UHGV virus genome: UHGV-0126759
Direction: 5' to 3' (one strand)
DNA length: 16,087 nt
Origin: a virus
Part shown: positions 7,357-15,704 of the stretch, piece by piece
Layout of the letters: every line of letters begins with the position of its first letter
Numbering within the stretch: the first letter of the stretch is position 1
The notes under the pieces: model-generated
Told to the model about the DNA's origin: nothing
What the model saw: the letters and a program-made list of their open reading frames with translations, nothing else
Databases searched by the model: none
Made by a program: the position numbers and the translations under genes

Positions 7357-7826
7357 TGGCAACTGTAGTCAAAAAGAAACGTTTGCATGAACTCGATTCT
7401 TACGACGGTGATAAGTCGAGCGCAGTAGCGCTTATTAGCGTTGATGAAAAGGAGTACAAACTTCCTCTCAGTGAAATCGGCGGCGGGGCAGATGCAAACC
7501 CTATCCAAAACTTATCCGGTGCTGACGGTATCGTTGAAATAGATCCCAATATTGCGGACGACTTCATTATCCGTTTAGGTGACCCCACCACTGCGCTTTC
7601 TATCACACCTATTACCGACCCGGTTCCGGGTACGCGATATGAATTATTACTGACGCTACGTCAGGGTACCGGTGCAAACAAAATCACCTGGCCGGCTTCG
7701 GTTAAATGGCCTAACGGTGCAGAACCTCCGTTATCGTACACGCTAGACGCCGAGGATGTGTTGTCTTTGTCATCTACGGATGGCGGTACAACCTGGAAAG
7801 GGGCCATTTGCGGAACAGGATACTAA
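7356..7826 (+). CDS. Hypothetical Gly/Pro/Thr-rich protein, 156 aa
   Basis: ATG overlaps the upstream stop (TAATG at 7354-7358). Motifs such as ITWPASVKWPNGAEPPLSYTL and STDGGTTWKG suggest a beta-rich binding or fibre-like domain; no family assigned. Confidence 0.55.
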   Translation: MATVVKKKRLHELDSYDGDKSSAVALISVDEKEYKLPLSEIGGGADANPIQNLSGADGIVEIDPNIADDFIIRLGDPTTALSITPITDPVPGTRYELLLTLRQGTGANKITWPASVKWPNGAEPPLSYTLDAEDVLSLSSTDGGTTWKGAICGTGY

Positions 7827-7829
7827 GCC

Positions 7830-10800
7830 ATGCGCAAATTTAAAATCTCTGCTAAACGACATGCGTTGAACTATGCGATGTCGCTGGCTTACGGACATCA
7901 GGACTTTGTTCGCCGCAATACCGGTCTCACAAACGACGCCCACAATGACCATTATCTGATTAACCCAGAAGGGGTGCTATCTAATAACCGGCATTTCATT
8001 GCTGACTCCATGGCAGTGTATCAACCTAATGGTGACGCCACCACAGAAGGTCAATCGTTGCTGATTATTGGCTACTGTCACATGTACATTGCTACCAAAA
8101 ACCAGATGTGGTTAGATGCGGCGATTCGTGCATGGGAAGCGTACGCTACCTACTATTACGCAGGTCAGGCCATTCCTGAGTCACCGCAACGTTGGATTTG
8201 TAACTGGCTAGTTAACGGTAAAGAACCGGTGCTGTCAGACTATCCGGTGCATCCGACCGAGCCAACCCACGGTGGTTACAAGTGTGTACCGGTAACGTTT
8301 ACGAACGGGCGTTGTCAGATACCCCAAGGCGCACCGTTCTTTGGTGAATATCTGAACAATTTCTTTTCTGCGCATCGTGGCCATCCTACCTGGGGCGCGG
8401 TTAATGCTGACGTACAGAAAATTAAGGAATCGGAAGACGGGTTAATTGACTGGTCTAAAGTCCCTGATTACTTAATCACCAATCCAGAGAAACCTTACGA
8501 TGTAAAAGCGTGGGTAGACTGGAACAGGATGTTAAACGACCCAACCGGATATACCCCAATATGGGGTGGTTCTACCTCGAAAGGTCCGCGGTACGAACCT
8601 GACTGGTTTGTTGTGTGGACGGGTGAGAAGGTTCAAGACGGCGAAGTCATCGAATCCGGTTTACCTGATGCCCAGAAAGGAACCGTACAATTAAAGGACA
8701 CCAGTATTAACGGTGTATATTTGATTAACTACGCTTCCCAGGTACCTGTAGAGCACGGCGGATATTTGTTTGACCGCAATGAGCCGTGGCACAACCGTCC
8801 GGTTCATACCCCGTTAAAAGGGTCTGTTAACCAGATGGGTAACGCGGCAGATGCGGAAGTGTGGTTTATTGATGCCTGTTATCTCCTCTGGCGTATCACA
8901 GGTGAACCGCGCTATAAAGCCGCACTAGACTCGGTGTTCTATACAGCACACGAATACACGTATATCGATGCGAAGGACAAGTTTTTCCGTCGCTCTAAGT
9001 TAGCCGAAACACCATTTACAGATGGTATCTCGTACGACTATAAATACCCCAGCACCGTTGAGGTCGCTTACAGTCGTGATGAAAATGGTGACATTGTGCT
9101 CCGTTCTGAGGAAGCTGTGCAGAACTTTATGGAACAGCAAGCCGTGCGTTTCAGGATAAACAGTCAATCGAAGTTACGTGTGACGTATGGCGGTGTTTGC
9201 GACAACGGTGATGCGCTTGCGTGTAAAGTGATGGTGGATATCAACCCCGTTAAAGCGGATACTGAAGAAGTAAACTGGTACGGCTGTACGCTTCCAGGAT
9301 CAACATCGATGGAAGTAAAACAGCATGACATCGGTTTAGGGCATCTGGCCAGAATGACTAATCCGGCCAACGGCGAAGATTACATCATTGCCGATGCGCG
9401 AGCATGTTCAGATTACGGTGGGTGTACGTGGCAGGAGAAGTTTGAGAGCAACATCTACGATGGTCGTTCAGGCACAATCGTAGAAGCGTTATTCCCGAAC
9501 GACGATGCGGGCTTCATTATCGGTTTCTGGTTAACTGATGCTGGAGTTGCGCCCCCACAGTCAATTGTCTATCGTGCTGATGCCGATTTCAACTTCCGTT
9601 TCGAAGATACCAAGAAGTGGCGTTGGTGGTGGATGTTGCCCGCGACTAACGGGGAATGGAAACAGGTTATTATTCGCCCTGAAGACGCAACACTCTCGGG
9701 CTATCAACCTGACCACGATACTGATGTCGAAACAAAACCGTCTGCGCCAAACTACACAACTATCGATCAGGTAACCATACTGCCCGATTCGGCTGTGGAG
9801 AATGCGCACTTTAGCTGGTATTGCGTAAACGATGTTCCGCCACTGTTTAATGCAGATGATGGCTGGACATTAACGTTTCGCATCGCAATTCGGGGAGGTT
9901 CTGCATTTACGGGTAAAGTGGGCGATTGTACGATAAAAGATTACCGTCTTGACTCGCTCGCGTATTGTCCAGGAACGATACCGTTCTCGAACATTTATTC
10001 GGAAGGAACGTATCAGCTAGGTGCATGGCACGGGATGCCGTATCCTGGCTATCAGTATCCGTTTATGTACACCATACACACCGATGATCGCTACAAAGTC
10101 TGGCTCTTAAATCAGATTCGGTTTATGCACGATTCACAAACCAACTACCAGGCGCAGCTAGGTGAGTTAGGTCCAGGTTGTGCGGCGTATATTTGGAACC
10201 GTTGGGATAACTACACTTACGGACCGGCAGATACGTGGACAACGTTCCATTGGGGAGATGGACATCCGTGGGCAGGTTATCAGCCGCGCGCGTATAACGC
10301 CGCTGCGCGTTGTTGGTACGAATTAGCTGTGCGTGGTAAAGAGGTTCCACCAGAGCTAGTAGAGTACGTTGAAAATTGGGCTAAGTGGCTCGTAGGGTTC
10401 TTAGACCGCTTTGACAACCACACGCCGAATGAATTCCCTACGGCACCAAATAAACCGGTGTGGGTAGAGAATGATTTCACAGCACATATGTGTGCGCTCT
10501 GGATAGCAGGCAGCGCTTATGCGGCAATGGCTGGCTGTAAAGTGGAAGGGCTGAACCGGATTATGGATATGGGGATGAAAGAGATGGGTGACAACTTCAC
10601 CGTCACAGACATTCCAGGAAAAGCCATTAACGGTGCCTGGTCTCCGTGGGCAAACCCTACCACGGATAACGGTCAGGCTTTTGGGTTTTATACTGGAGAA
10701 GCGATGCGTGCAATCGGGTTGTATCTCCTCTATAAAGAACACGGCCCAGGACATGATATTTATCGTGACTTGGCAATACCCGACCACACAACAGCTTCAC

Positions 10801-10847
10801 TCGATATAACGTTTACTATCCCAGACGATCCGCTCGAAACTAATTAA
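7830..10847 (+). CDS. Large hypothetical protein, 1005 aa; Trp/Tyr-rich, possibly a polysaccharide-active enzyme or virion-associated depolymerase
   Basis: Uninterrupted 3-kb ORF starting 3 nt after the upstream stop. Very aromatic-rich, with helix-pair motifs (LLIIGYCHMYIATKNQMWLDAAIRAWEAYATYYY; VWFIDACYLLWRITGEPRYKAALDSVFYTAHEY; FGFYTGEAMRAIGLYLLYKEHG). The function is inferred only from composition and motif style. Confidence 0.7.
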   Translation: MRKFKISAKRHALNYAMSLAYGHQDFVRRNTGLTNDAHNDHYLINPEGVLSNNRHFIADSMAVYQPNGDATTEGQSLLIIGYCHMYIATKNQMWLDAAIRAWEAYATYYYAGQAIPESPQRWICNWLVNGKEPVLSDYPVHPTEPTHGGYKCVPVTFTNGRCQIPQGAPFFGEYLNNFFSAHRGHPTWGAVNADVQKIKESEDGLIDWSKVPDYLITNPEKPYDVKAWVDWNRMLNDPTGYTPIWGGSTSKGPRYEPDWFVVWTGEKVQDGEVIESGLPDAQKGTVQLKDTSINGVYLINYASQVPVEHGGYLFDRNEPWHNRPVHTPLKGSVNQMGNAADAEVWFIDACYLLWRITGEPRYKAALDSVFYTAHEYTYIDAKDKFFRRSKLAETPFTDGISYDYKYPSTVEVAYSRDENGDIVLRSEEAVQNFMEQQAVRFRINSQSKLRVTYGGVCDNGDALACKVMVDINPVKADTEEVNWYGCTLPGSTSMEVKQHDIGLGHLARMTNPANGEDYIIADARACSDYGGCTWQEKFESNIYDGRSGTIVEALFPNDDAGFIIGFWLTDAGVAPPQSIVYRADADFNFRFEDTKKWRWWWMLPATNGEWKQVIIRPEDATLSGYQPDHDTDVETKPSAPNYTTIDQVTILPDSAVENAHFSWYCVNDVPPLFNADDGWTLTFRIAIRGGSAFTGKVGDCTIKDYRLDSLAYCPGTIPFSNIYSEGTYQLGAWHGMPYPGYQYPFMYTIHTDDRYKVWLLNQIRFMHDSQTNYQAQLGELGPGCAAYIWNRWDNYTYGPADTWTTFHWGDGHPWAGYQPRAYNAAARCWYELAVRGKEVPPELVEYVENWAKWLVGFLDRFDNHTPNEFPTAPNKPVWVENDFTAHMCALWIAGSAYAAMAGCKVEGLNRIMDMGMKEMGDNFTVTDIPGKAINGAWSPWANPTTDNGQAFGFYTGEAMRAIGLYLLYKEHGPGHDIYRDLAIPDHTTASLDITFTIPDDPLETN

Positions 10848-10853
10848 GTGTAT

Positions 10854-10897
10854 ACCAGCTATCCTTCGGGGTGGCTGGTACGCTTTATTTTATTTCA
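10854..10897 (+). terminator. Rho-independent terminator T2
   Basis: Stem ACCAGC (10855-10860) and GCTGGT (10875-10880) enclosing an inner CC-TTCG-GG tetraloop hairpin, followed by a T-rich tract (CGCTTTATTTTATTTC). It lies 7 nt after the stop of the 1005-aa gene. Confidence 0.7.
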
Positions 10898-10974
10898 GAT
10901 AGATGTTATCTCAGTGAACCTCTGAAATTTACGTTTCAATCAGAACTTATGTCATGTATTAAGGAGCAATTAAA

Positions 10975-11307
10975 ATGTCCAAAGTCTATCACATAGCGGT
11001 ATTGCGTCAGGCAACTGACCTTGATGGTGACGGTGAACTTCGAATGCAGGAAGCCATTCTGAGCACTGTTAAAGAACTTAACCAAGCAAACAATTTCGAT
11101 GCACGCTTCGAAGCGTTGCCTGTAAGCCGTAACGCTTTCTACGGCAGTCAAATCCTGGCAACCCAGTTTGCGATGGCTTTAAGTGACTTGCGCAATAATC
11201 CTAGTCCTGAAACCGCGGCGAAGATGAACAAACTGTCGTTATGGATGAATAACCTGGATGCTCCCGCAACATCCATTGTAAATGGTTTGGGGGTGGTTAA
11301 TGGTTAG
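10975..11307 (+). CDS. Hypothetical protein, 110 aa
   Basis: TTAAGGAG Shine-Dalgarno followed 9 nt later by ATG; first gene after terminator T2. Confidence 0.6.
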   Translation: MSKVYHIAVLRQATDLDGDGELRMQEAILSTVKELNQANNFDARFEALPVSRNAFYGSQILATQFAMALSDLRNNPSPETAAKMNKLSLWMNNLDAPATSIVNGLGVVNG

Positions 11308-11635
11308 AGTAATCCGTGTTGCCAGACCAATGCGTCTCAATAGGTCGCCAATGATAAATCGTGATATCAGTGAAGCTGTAAAACAGTTGTCGAATATCGA
11401 CGGTTACACCTTTAAAGTGATAACACTGTACGACTACCCAGAAGGCAAAGTTCCGCAAGAGGCGCTGGATAAATTCGTTAATGTATTAGACGATTGCCTT
11501 AAGAGCCCAACGGACGTAAATCTTATCAAACTAAACACCATGTCCCTTGAGCTGTGCCGGCTGCGTAAAATGGGCATTCATGCTCGCATCGGTAAAGGTG
11601 ACCAAACGTTGGCCGAATACTGGGCTAAACAATAA
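11300..11635 (+). CDS. Hypothetical protein (about 111 aa from ATG 11300; alternative ATG at 11282)
   Basis: ATG at 11300 is preceded by a G-rich Shine-Dalgarno-like GGGGGTGG and overlaps the upstream stop (ATGGTTAG); the 11282 ATG has no Shine-Dalgarno. Confidence 0.55.
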   Translation: MVRVIRVARPMRLNRSPMINRDISEAVKQLSNIDGYTFKVITLYDYPEGKVPQEALDKFVNVLDDCLKSPTDVNLIKLNTMSLELCRLRKMGIHARIGKGDQTLAEYWAKQ

Positions 11636-11662
11636 GCTATTTTAAATCCTAAGGAGCATTAA

Positions 11663-12181
11663 GTGAATATTACCATGAACCTGTACACCAAACGGGAACG
11701 TAACGTTTTAGAATCTGGCGTTGCCCCAGAAGTATTGGCTGCGGGGGATATTAGTATCGACCCACTGAAAGTGAAAGTCGCGGAACTGTTCCCTCGTGAT
11801 GAATGGGACATCTGGTATTTCCGTTGTTCGTCGGTATTGAATGCAATCAAACAACTGTCTGATTATCAGCCTGGCCCGTACATCGGTACCTGGCACTGGT
11901 ACGTCCCACGCACCCCAAACTTCCTTTACCTGCACGACGATGATAAACGTACTCATATTCGCACTGTAGCGACGCCTGCGCGTTTGGAGCGTTATCTGGA
12001 GCTAATCCACGACCGGCCTCGTAACGAGCTGCAGAGCATCGTAGAGGTGCTCAGACAGGTACCTTTAGACGGTATACTGGAACTGGACATGAAAATTGCT
12101 GATCGGCCTCGCCACTACTGGGAATTTTCCTGGGTAGATGCGAAATATGAAAACCTTAACGTTATCTATCTGAAGCGTTAA
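11663..12181 (+). CDS. Hypothetical protein, 172 aa
   Basis: GTG start 6 nt after an AAGGAG Shine-Dalgarno (11651-11656); an alternative ATG lies at 11675. No recognisable domain. Confidence 0.6.
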   Translation: MNITMNLYTKRERNVLESGVAPEVLAAGDISIDPLKVKVAELFPRDEWDIWYFRCSSVLNAIKQLSDYQPGPYIGTWHWYVPRTPNFLYLHDDDKRTHIRTVATPARLERYLELIHDRPRNELQSIVEVLRQVPLDGILELDMKIADRPRHYWEFSWVDAKYENLNVIYLKR

Positions 12182-12191
12182 GGGGGACAGG

Positions 12192-12512
12192 ATGTTGAAC
12201 TGGTTACTTGCGCTGATTAACAAGCGACAAAAACAACTGTACGAAGAAAACCGAGAATTGGCTGCCGCTAACCGTCGTGTACAGGCCGATAACTTGCAGT
12301 TAAGACACGACCTCGCGAAACTGGGTGTTAACGCGAGTAGGCTTTGCACGCACATTAGCCGGTGCCACGATATCATCGAACGTATTGGACACTACCATCT
12401 TACGTCTCCTGCGCGTCGCGTCTATGACGCGGCCGTCCAGGGATTGAAAGATACCAGGAATGTGTACGACGAGATGTTAGAAGAGTTTAGCAAACGTGAG
12501 GATAAATACTAA
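12192..12512 (+). CDS. Hypothetical protein, 106 aa, probably coiled-coil at the N-terminus
   Basis: AAGGGGGA Shine-Dalgarno 5 nt upstream of ATG; heptad-like charged N-terminus (QKQLYEENRELAAANRRVQADNLQLRHDLAKL); stop overlaps the next start (TAATG). Confidence 0.6.
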   Translation: MLNWLLALINKRQKQLYEENRELAAANRRVQADNLQLRHDLAKLGVNASRLCTHISRCHDIIERIGHYHLTSPARRVYDAAVQGLKDTRNVYDEMLEEFSKREDKY

Positions 12513-12895
12513 TGGAAATGCCAACGAACACCGACTTAGCACTGGCAATCGAACACATGAAAAACCATCAGCTGACGTTACTGAACGCAAGCACAGAAGG
12601 GCAACGTCAAGGGTATGCGCTCGTTGCAAAAGCAGCGTTAGAACTTAACAAGATTCTACTCGCTAAACTTTACGGGCTGGAAAACAGCGTGCTCCATGCG
12701 TCGCACCTGGGCGAAGCCAGCGAGTTAGTTACGAATGTGCGGCTGTATGCAAGTCGTGAAATGGAACGTTTAACCAACGAATGGAATGTCCAGTGTAACG
12801 GCGAGCGTGCTGATAAAGATCCGCGTAAAGTCGCACTGACGCCGGGCGTGTACATCAAAGACGGCACCATTGACGAATACAGCGGATTTAACTGA
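12512..12895 (+). CDS. Hypothetical protein, 127 aa
   Basis: Translationally coupled to the upstream gene (TAATG); GAGGA Shine-Dalgarno 9 nt upstream. Confidence 0.6.
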   Translation: MEMPTNTDLALAIEHMKNHQLTLLNASTEGQRQGYALVAKAALELNKILLAKLYGLENSVLHASHLGEASELVTNVRLYASREMERLTNEWNVQCNGERADKDPRKVALTPGVYIKDGTIDEYSGFN

Positions 12896-12918
12896 TCGGC
12901 GGATAAGGGTGATTGTGA

Positions 12919-13344
12919 ATGGTAACCATAGACGTAGCTATCTCTATCGAGCTTCAACGCATCGGTGTAGGTACACTAAAACTTCGTTATCGTGATTTAC
13001 CGCATTACAACAAGATGTTTGATGTTGGGGTGATAAAGTTTTATAACCGGTACGGGCCAAGAGAACTATGTCTATGGTTTGTCGAGTTAGCGATAACTTA
13101 TGGCGAGTTTTATCATCCTAATGTACCGCATGTCGAACATGTGTCAAGAGGGCACCTGGAAACTTCCAGAGAGTTCTATCAGCGATTGTATGGCGCGATG
13201 GAGGAGTCCGCACCCATCGACTACGACGTACCACCTGAACTGTTATTAATCGACCATGAAGGAGAAGCCGGTGTCTATTTCATTACGGGGACTGACTATT
13301 CACGAGATTCAGAAATATTTACTCGAGGGCGGGAAACTGACTGA
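12919..13344 (+). CDS. Hypothetical protein, 141 aa
   Basis: ATG start with an AAGGGTGA Shine-Dalgarno-like sequence upstream; its 3' end overlaps the next gene out of frame. Confidence 0.55.
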   Translation: MVTIDVAISIELQRIGVGTLKLRYRDLPHYNKMFDVGVIKFYNRYGPRELCLWFVELAITYGEFYHPNVPHVEHVSRGHLETSREFYQRLYGAMEESAPIDYDVPPELLLIDHEGEAGVYFITGTDYSRDSEIFTRGRETD

Positions 13345-13576
13345 CGACTATCAAACCGCAGATATGTTGCTACAGTCATTTGTACCGTTACGTGCTGAGT
13401 ATTACGAAATCGCGTTCCTGGGCGATGAATATTGTGTCCGCACGCAAGGGCGTGAATACGAAGCAGTTCGCGTACCGCGCACACTCGGCGGGGTGATGAT
13501 ACTTATCGCTAATATCGAAGCACTCAATGCGAAATGTGCGTTATACATCGCACAGGGAGGTCGCAATGGATTTTAA
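13271..13576 (+). CDS. Hypothetical protein (about 101 aa from GTG 13271; ORF-track start is ATG 13256)
   Basis: AAGGAG Shine-Dalgarno at 13259-13264 lies 6 nt before the in-frame GTG at 13271, whereas the ATG at 13256 has no Shine-Dalgarno. Overlaps the previous gene by about 74 nt in a different frame. Confidence 0.5.
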   Translation: MSISLRGLTIHEIQKYLLEGGKLTDDYQTADMLLQSFVPLRAEYYEIAFLGDEYCVRTQGREYEAVRVPRTLGGVMILIANIEALNAKCALYIAQGGRNGF

Positions 13577-13724
13577 GTGGGAACCATTATCGTTAGCAGA
13601 AGTTCGTAACAGAATCGATAAAGCTATTGCAAGGAGAAAACATGTTCGGCCTGTTTCAGGAGAAAAAACAGTTGCGTCGCCAATTAGAAATACTGGAATT
13701 GGAACTCAGCCTATCAAAGACTGA
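13566..13724 (+). CDS. Possible small protein (52 aa) or N-terminal part of a frameshifted product
   Basis: ATG at 13566 lies 5 nt after a GGAGG Shine-Dalgarno (13556-13560). The first 25 or so residues look protein-like (MDFKWEPLSLAEVRNRIDKAIARRK), but the remainder overlaps the next gene by about 83 nt and looks like low-complexity read-through. Confidence 0.3.
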   Translation: MDFKWEPLSLAEVRNRIDKAIARRKHVRPVSGEKTVASPIRNTGIGTQPIKD

Positions 13725-14043
13725 GTTGGAAATTTCGAAAGAAGCGTGGAAAAGAAATCTTGATGAATCTTTCGAAGAACGCCGTAAGCTTACGCGATTG
13801 CTTTCTGAGGAACAGTCTAAGAACCGGAAACTCGAAGACGAGCTACGGGATGCCCGACGAGATGCGGATCTGCGTGATAAGATGTTGGGATGGAACCTGG
13901 GTGCCCTAATCTATTTCATAGAGCAGCGTTGGGAACCAAAGACACTCCTTGAGTTACTCTATGAAAAACTCTCCTGCGTAGGTAAACGTTCTGCGGCCAT
14001 CGAGTATTTTCGTAGTCACGGTTTCGAGGTAAAAGATGAGTAA
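13642..14043 (+). CDS. Hypothetical coiled-coil protein (about 133 aa from ATG 13642)
   Basis: AAGGAG Shine-Dalgarno (13631-13636) 5 nt before ATG 13642; the ORF track starts earlier at TTG 13627. Strongly heptad-like charged sequence (QLRRQLEILELELSLSKTELEISKEAWKRNLDESFEERRKLTRLLSEEQSKNRKLEDELR). Confidence 0.6.
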   Translation: MFGLFQEKKQLRRQLEILELELSLSKTELEISKEAWKRNLDESFEERRKLTRLLSEEQSKNRKLEDELRDARRDADLRDKMLGWNLGALIYFIEQRWEPKTLLELLYEKLSCVGKRSAAIEYFRSHGFEVKDE

Positions 14044-14086
14044 AAATAACAGTTTGTTTTCCCTTTAACCATGGAAACCACAAGCA

Positions 14087-14419
14087 ATGAAAACGAAACG
14101 AACGTCAGTCGTGTTCCAGCAGGGACGTGCGCGATTCTATAAAGGTAAGAAACTCATTGGTACATTCGAGTATCAAGAGAACCAGCTAATCGTCGATGTT
14201 ATCATTCTCGGTTTAGCAGCGAAGTGGTCACCTTTAAAAAGGACATTAGCCAAACGTGCGATGGAGAAGCTCCGCCGCGACCAGATAAAAGCATTTAACA
14301 AACCTTTTCCACTTGAGGCGTACCGAGTACAGCCTCGTTGCGCACACATCACGACGTCACCCATGATTGCTAAGCTCGATGTGACCGATCTGAGAGAAAT
14401 GTTAACTGTACGGCCGTAG
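14087..14419 (+). CDS. Hypothetical protein, 110 aa
   Basis: ORF on the coding strand inside the operon; no clear Shine-Dalgarno, so the start is uncertain. Confidence 0.5.
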   Translation: MKTKRTSVVFQQGRARFYKGKKLIGTFEYQENQLIVDVIILGLAAKWSPLKRTLAKRAMEKLRRDQIKAFNKPFPLEAYRVQPRCAHITTSPMIAKLDVTDLREMLTVRP

Positions 14420-14446
14420 TGTCGTAGCCCCTTAAGGAGTATTTAA

Positions 14447-15250
14447 ATGTTAAAGCCACGCAAACAGAAAAGATTACAGTTTGTCAAAATACTGCATCCA
14501 CGATCACGCCGTGTCGTAGGCGGACGTCTCTACGTGGGTAAACACCGTAGTCGTCTTATCACCTGGTCGGCAATGGCCAACGTAGCCACCCAACTCCAGG
14601 CAATGGTTGAAGACCGTTGCCAGTTAAAAGGGGATTTCTTTCAAGAGAAGAAACCCTATCGTGATATCTTCCGTACACTAAAAGCGTGCTGGGTACTCAG
14701 CTGGGTGCCTGGCCGCGAACAACTTTATTTTCTGCGTAAGTTCCCACGCCCTATGCCGAAGGAAAACATTAGCGTTTTCTTAGACAAACTAAAACGCTTT
14801 AATGACATCGGCATAAACGCTAATAAAGAGCAGGTTTCTGCTACAGTAGCAGCCCGAAAACACTTACGCGATTATGTGGCCGATCGAGATGTTGAGTTCG
14901 CTTATATGACGCCGACTGTACCGCTGCTAAACGGTGATGCATTGAAAGCGAAGATGGAAGAGATCGCGTTGAAGTTTCCTAACATCAGACACATCGCACC
15001 AGACGCGGTACTACAGCTGAACACTGAAGGCTGCACGCGTTTACCGACAGTCTCTGACACGGTGTTAGTATCAACACCTGATGTTCCTGATGGAAAGTCG
15101 TTCCTTGAAATGATAAAGAAACGTACAGAGGGTGGATATCAACCGATCTTTCTGGATTCCCTTTCACAACATCCTGAAGTAGAACAAGAATTTAACATGA
15201 ACACTAACAGCCCTTACGACTCCCTATACAAGGACGATAATGATGCTTAA
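14447..15250 (+). CDS. Hypothetical protein, 267 aa, basic N-terminus MLKPRKQKRL
   Basis: TAAGGAG Shine-Dalgarno 8 nt before ATG; stop TAA at 15248-15250 overlaps the start of the next gene. Confidence 0.65.
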   Translation: MLKPRKQKRLQFVKILHPRSRRVVGGRLYVGKHRSRLITWSAMANVATQLQAMVEDRCQLKGDFFQEKKPYRDIFRTLKACWVLSWVPGREQLYFLRKFPRPMPKENISVFLDKLKRFNDIGINANKEQVSATVAARKHLRDYVADRDVEFAYMTPTVPLLNGDALKAKMEEIALKFPNIRHIAPDAVLQLNTEGCTRLPTVSDTVLVSTPDVPDGKSFLEMIKKRTEGGYQPIFLDSLSQHPEVEQEFNMNTNSPYDSLYKDDNDA

Positions 15251-15668
15251 GCCTAAGAAACGTAAAGATGGTGCGGTCATTTTCTCTCCGAGAATCGCTG
15301 TAGCAGTTGGTAAGAAATTACTGGTCCAGGACGGTAAGTGGGTCAGTGACGGATTCAGTCAGTACACCTCGCTATGCATGTCTTCCGAGATGAATCAGAT
15401 GCACGGGAAGAAAGTACGTGACCGACGATCTCAGATGCCAAAAGTTATCCGTGTTGTGGCCGGCTGGTATAAGCGATACATGAAAAAGAACTTCCCACAC
15501 GCAGCGCCGCCGTTTGAAGAAGGGTCTTTTGTTCGTACAGAACCCACCGAAGCGGGTGGCGAATTGCCGGTGCGTACCGGCACGGCGTATTCGACGCTGA
15601 CTTCCTTGTGTCGTCAGTCGTACGAAAAGCAGAAGGCGTTGAAGGACACTCTACTCCACATCAACTAG
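15240..15668 (+). CDS. Hypothetical protein, 142 aa, basic N-terminus MMLKPKKRKDG
   Basis: Tandem ATGATG at 15240-15245 lies 5 nt after an AAGGA Shine-Dalgarno (15230-15234) and overlaps the upstream gene by 11 nt. Followed by terminator T3. Confidence 0.6.
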   Translation: MMLKPKKRKDGAVIFSPRIAVAVGKKLLVQDGKWVSDGFSQYTSLCMSSEMNQMHGKKVRDRRSQMPKVIRVVAGWYKRYMKKNFPHAAPPFEEGSFVRTEPTEAGGELPVRTGTAYSTLTSLCRQSYEKQKALKDTLLHIN

Positions 15669-15704
15669 GATGACGCTTATCCCAAGGGTAGCGAATAAAG
15701 CAGT

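Noticed and set aside
10401-10787. Minus-strand ORF of 128 aa, together with the other minus-strand ORFs in the track (1397-1600, 2271-2480, 2544-2756, 2802-3014, 3423-3701, 4103-4423, 7107-7316, 7400-7606, 7770-7952, 9164-9370, 9561-9809, 10123-10480, 10936-11151, 11659-11956, 12065-12376, 12670-12957, 13296-13484, 14173-14364, 14985-15167, 15809-16063)
   Set aside because: All lie antisense within long + strand genes, have no Shine-Dalgarno context and have low-complexity translations. The whole window is otherwise strictly unidirectional, so these are most likely frame-shadow ORFs.
10898-10974. Sigma-70 promoter upstream of the third operon (TTTACG and TTCAAT as -35 candidates, TATTAA as -10)
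   Set aside because: Spacings are wrong (23 nt), or the -10 candidate lies within 1-2 nt of the Shine-Dalgarno sequence, so a transcript would lack the ribosome-binding site. I could not find a convincing hexamer pair.
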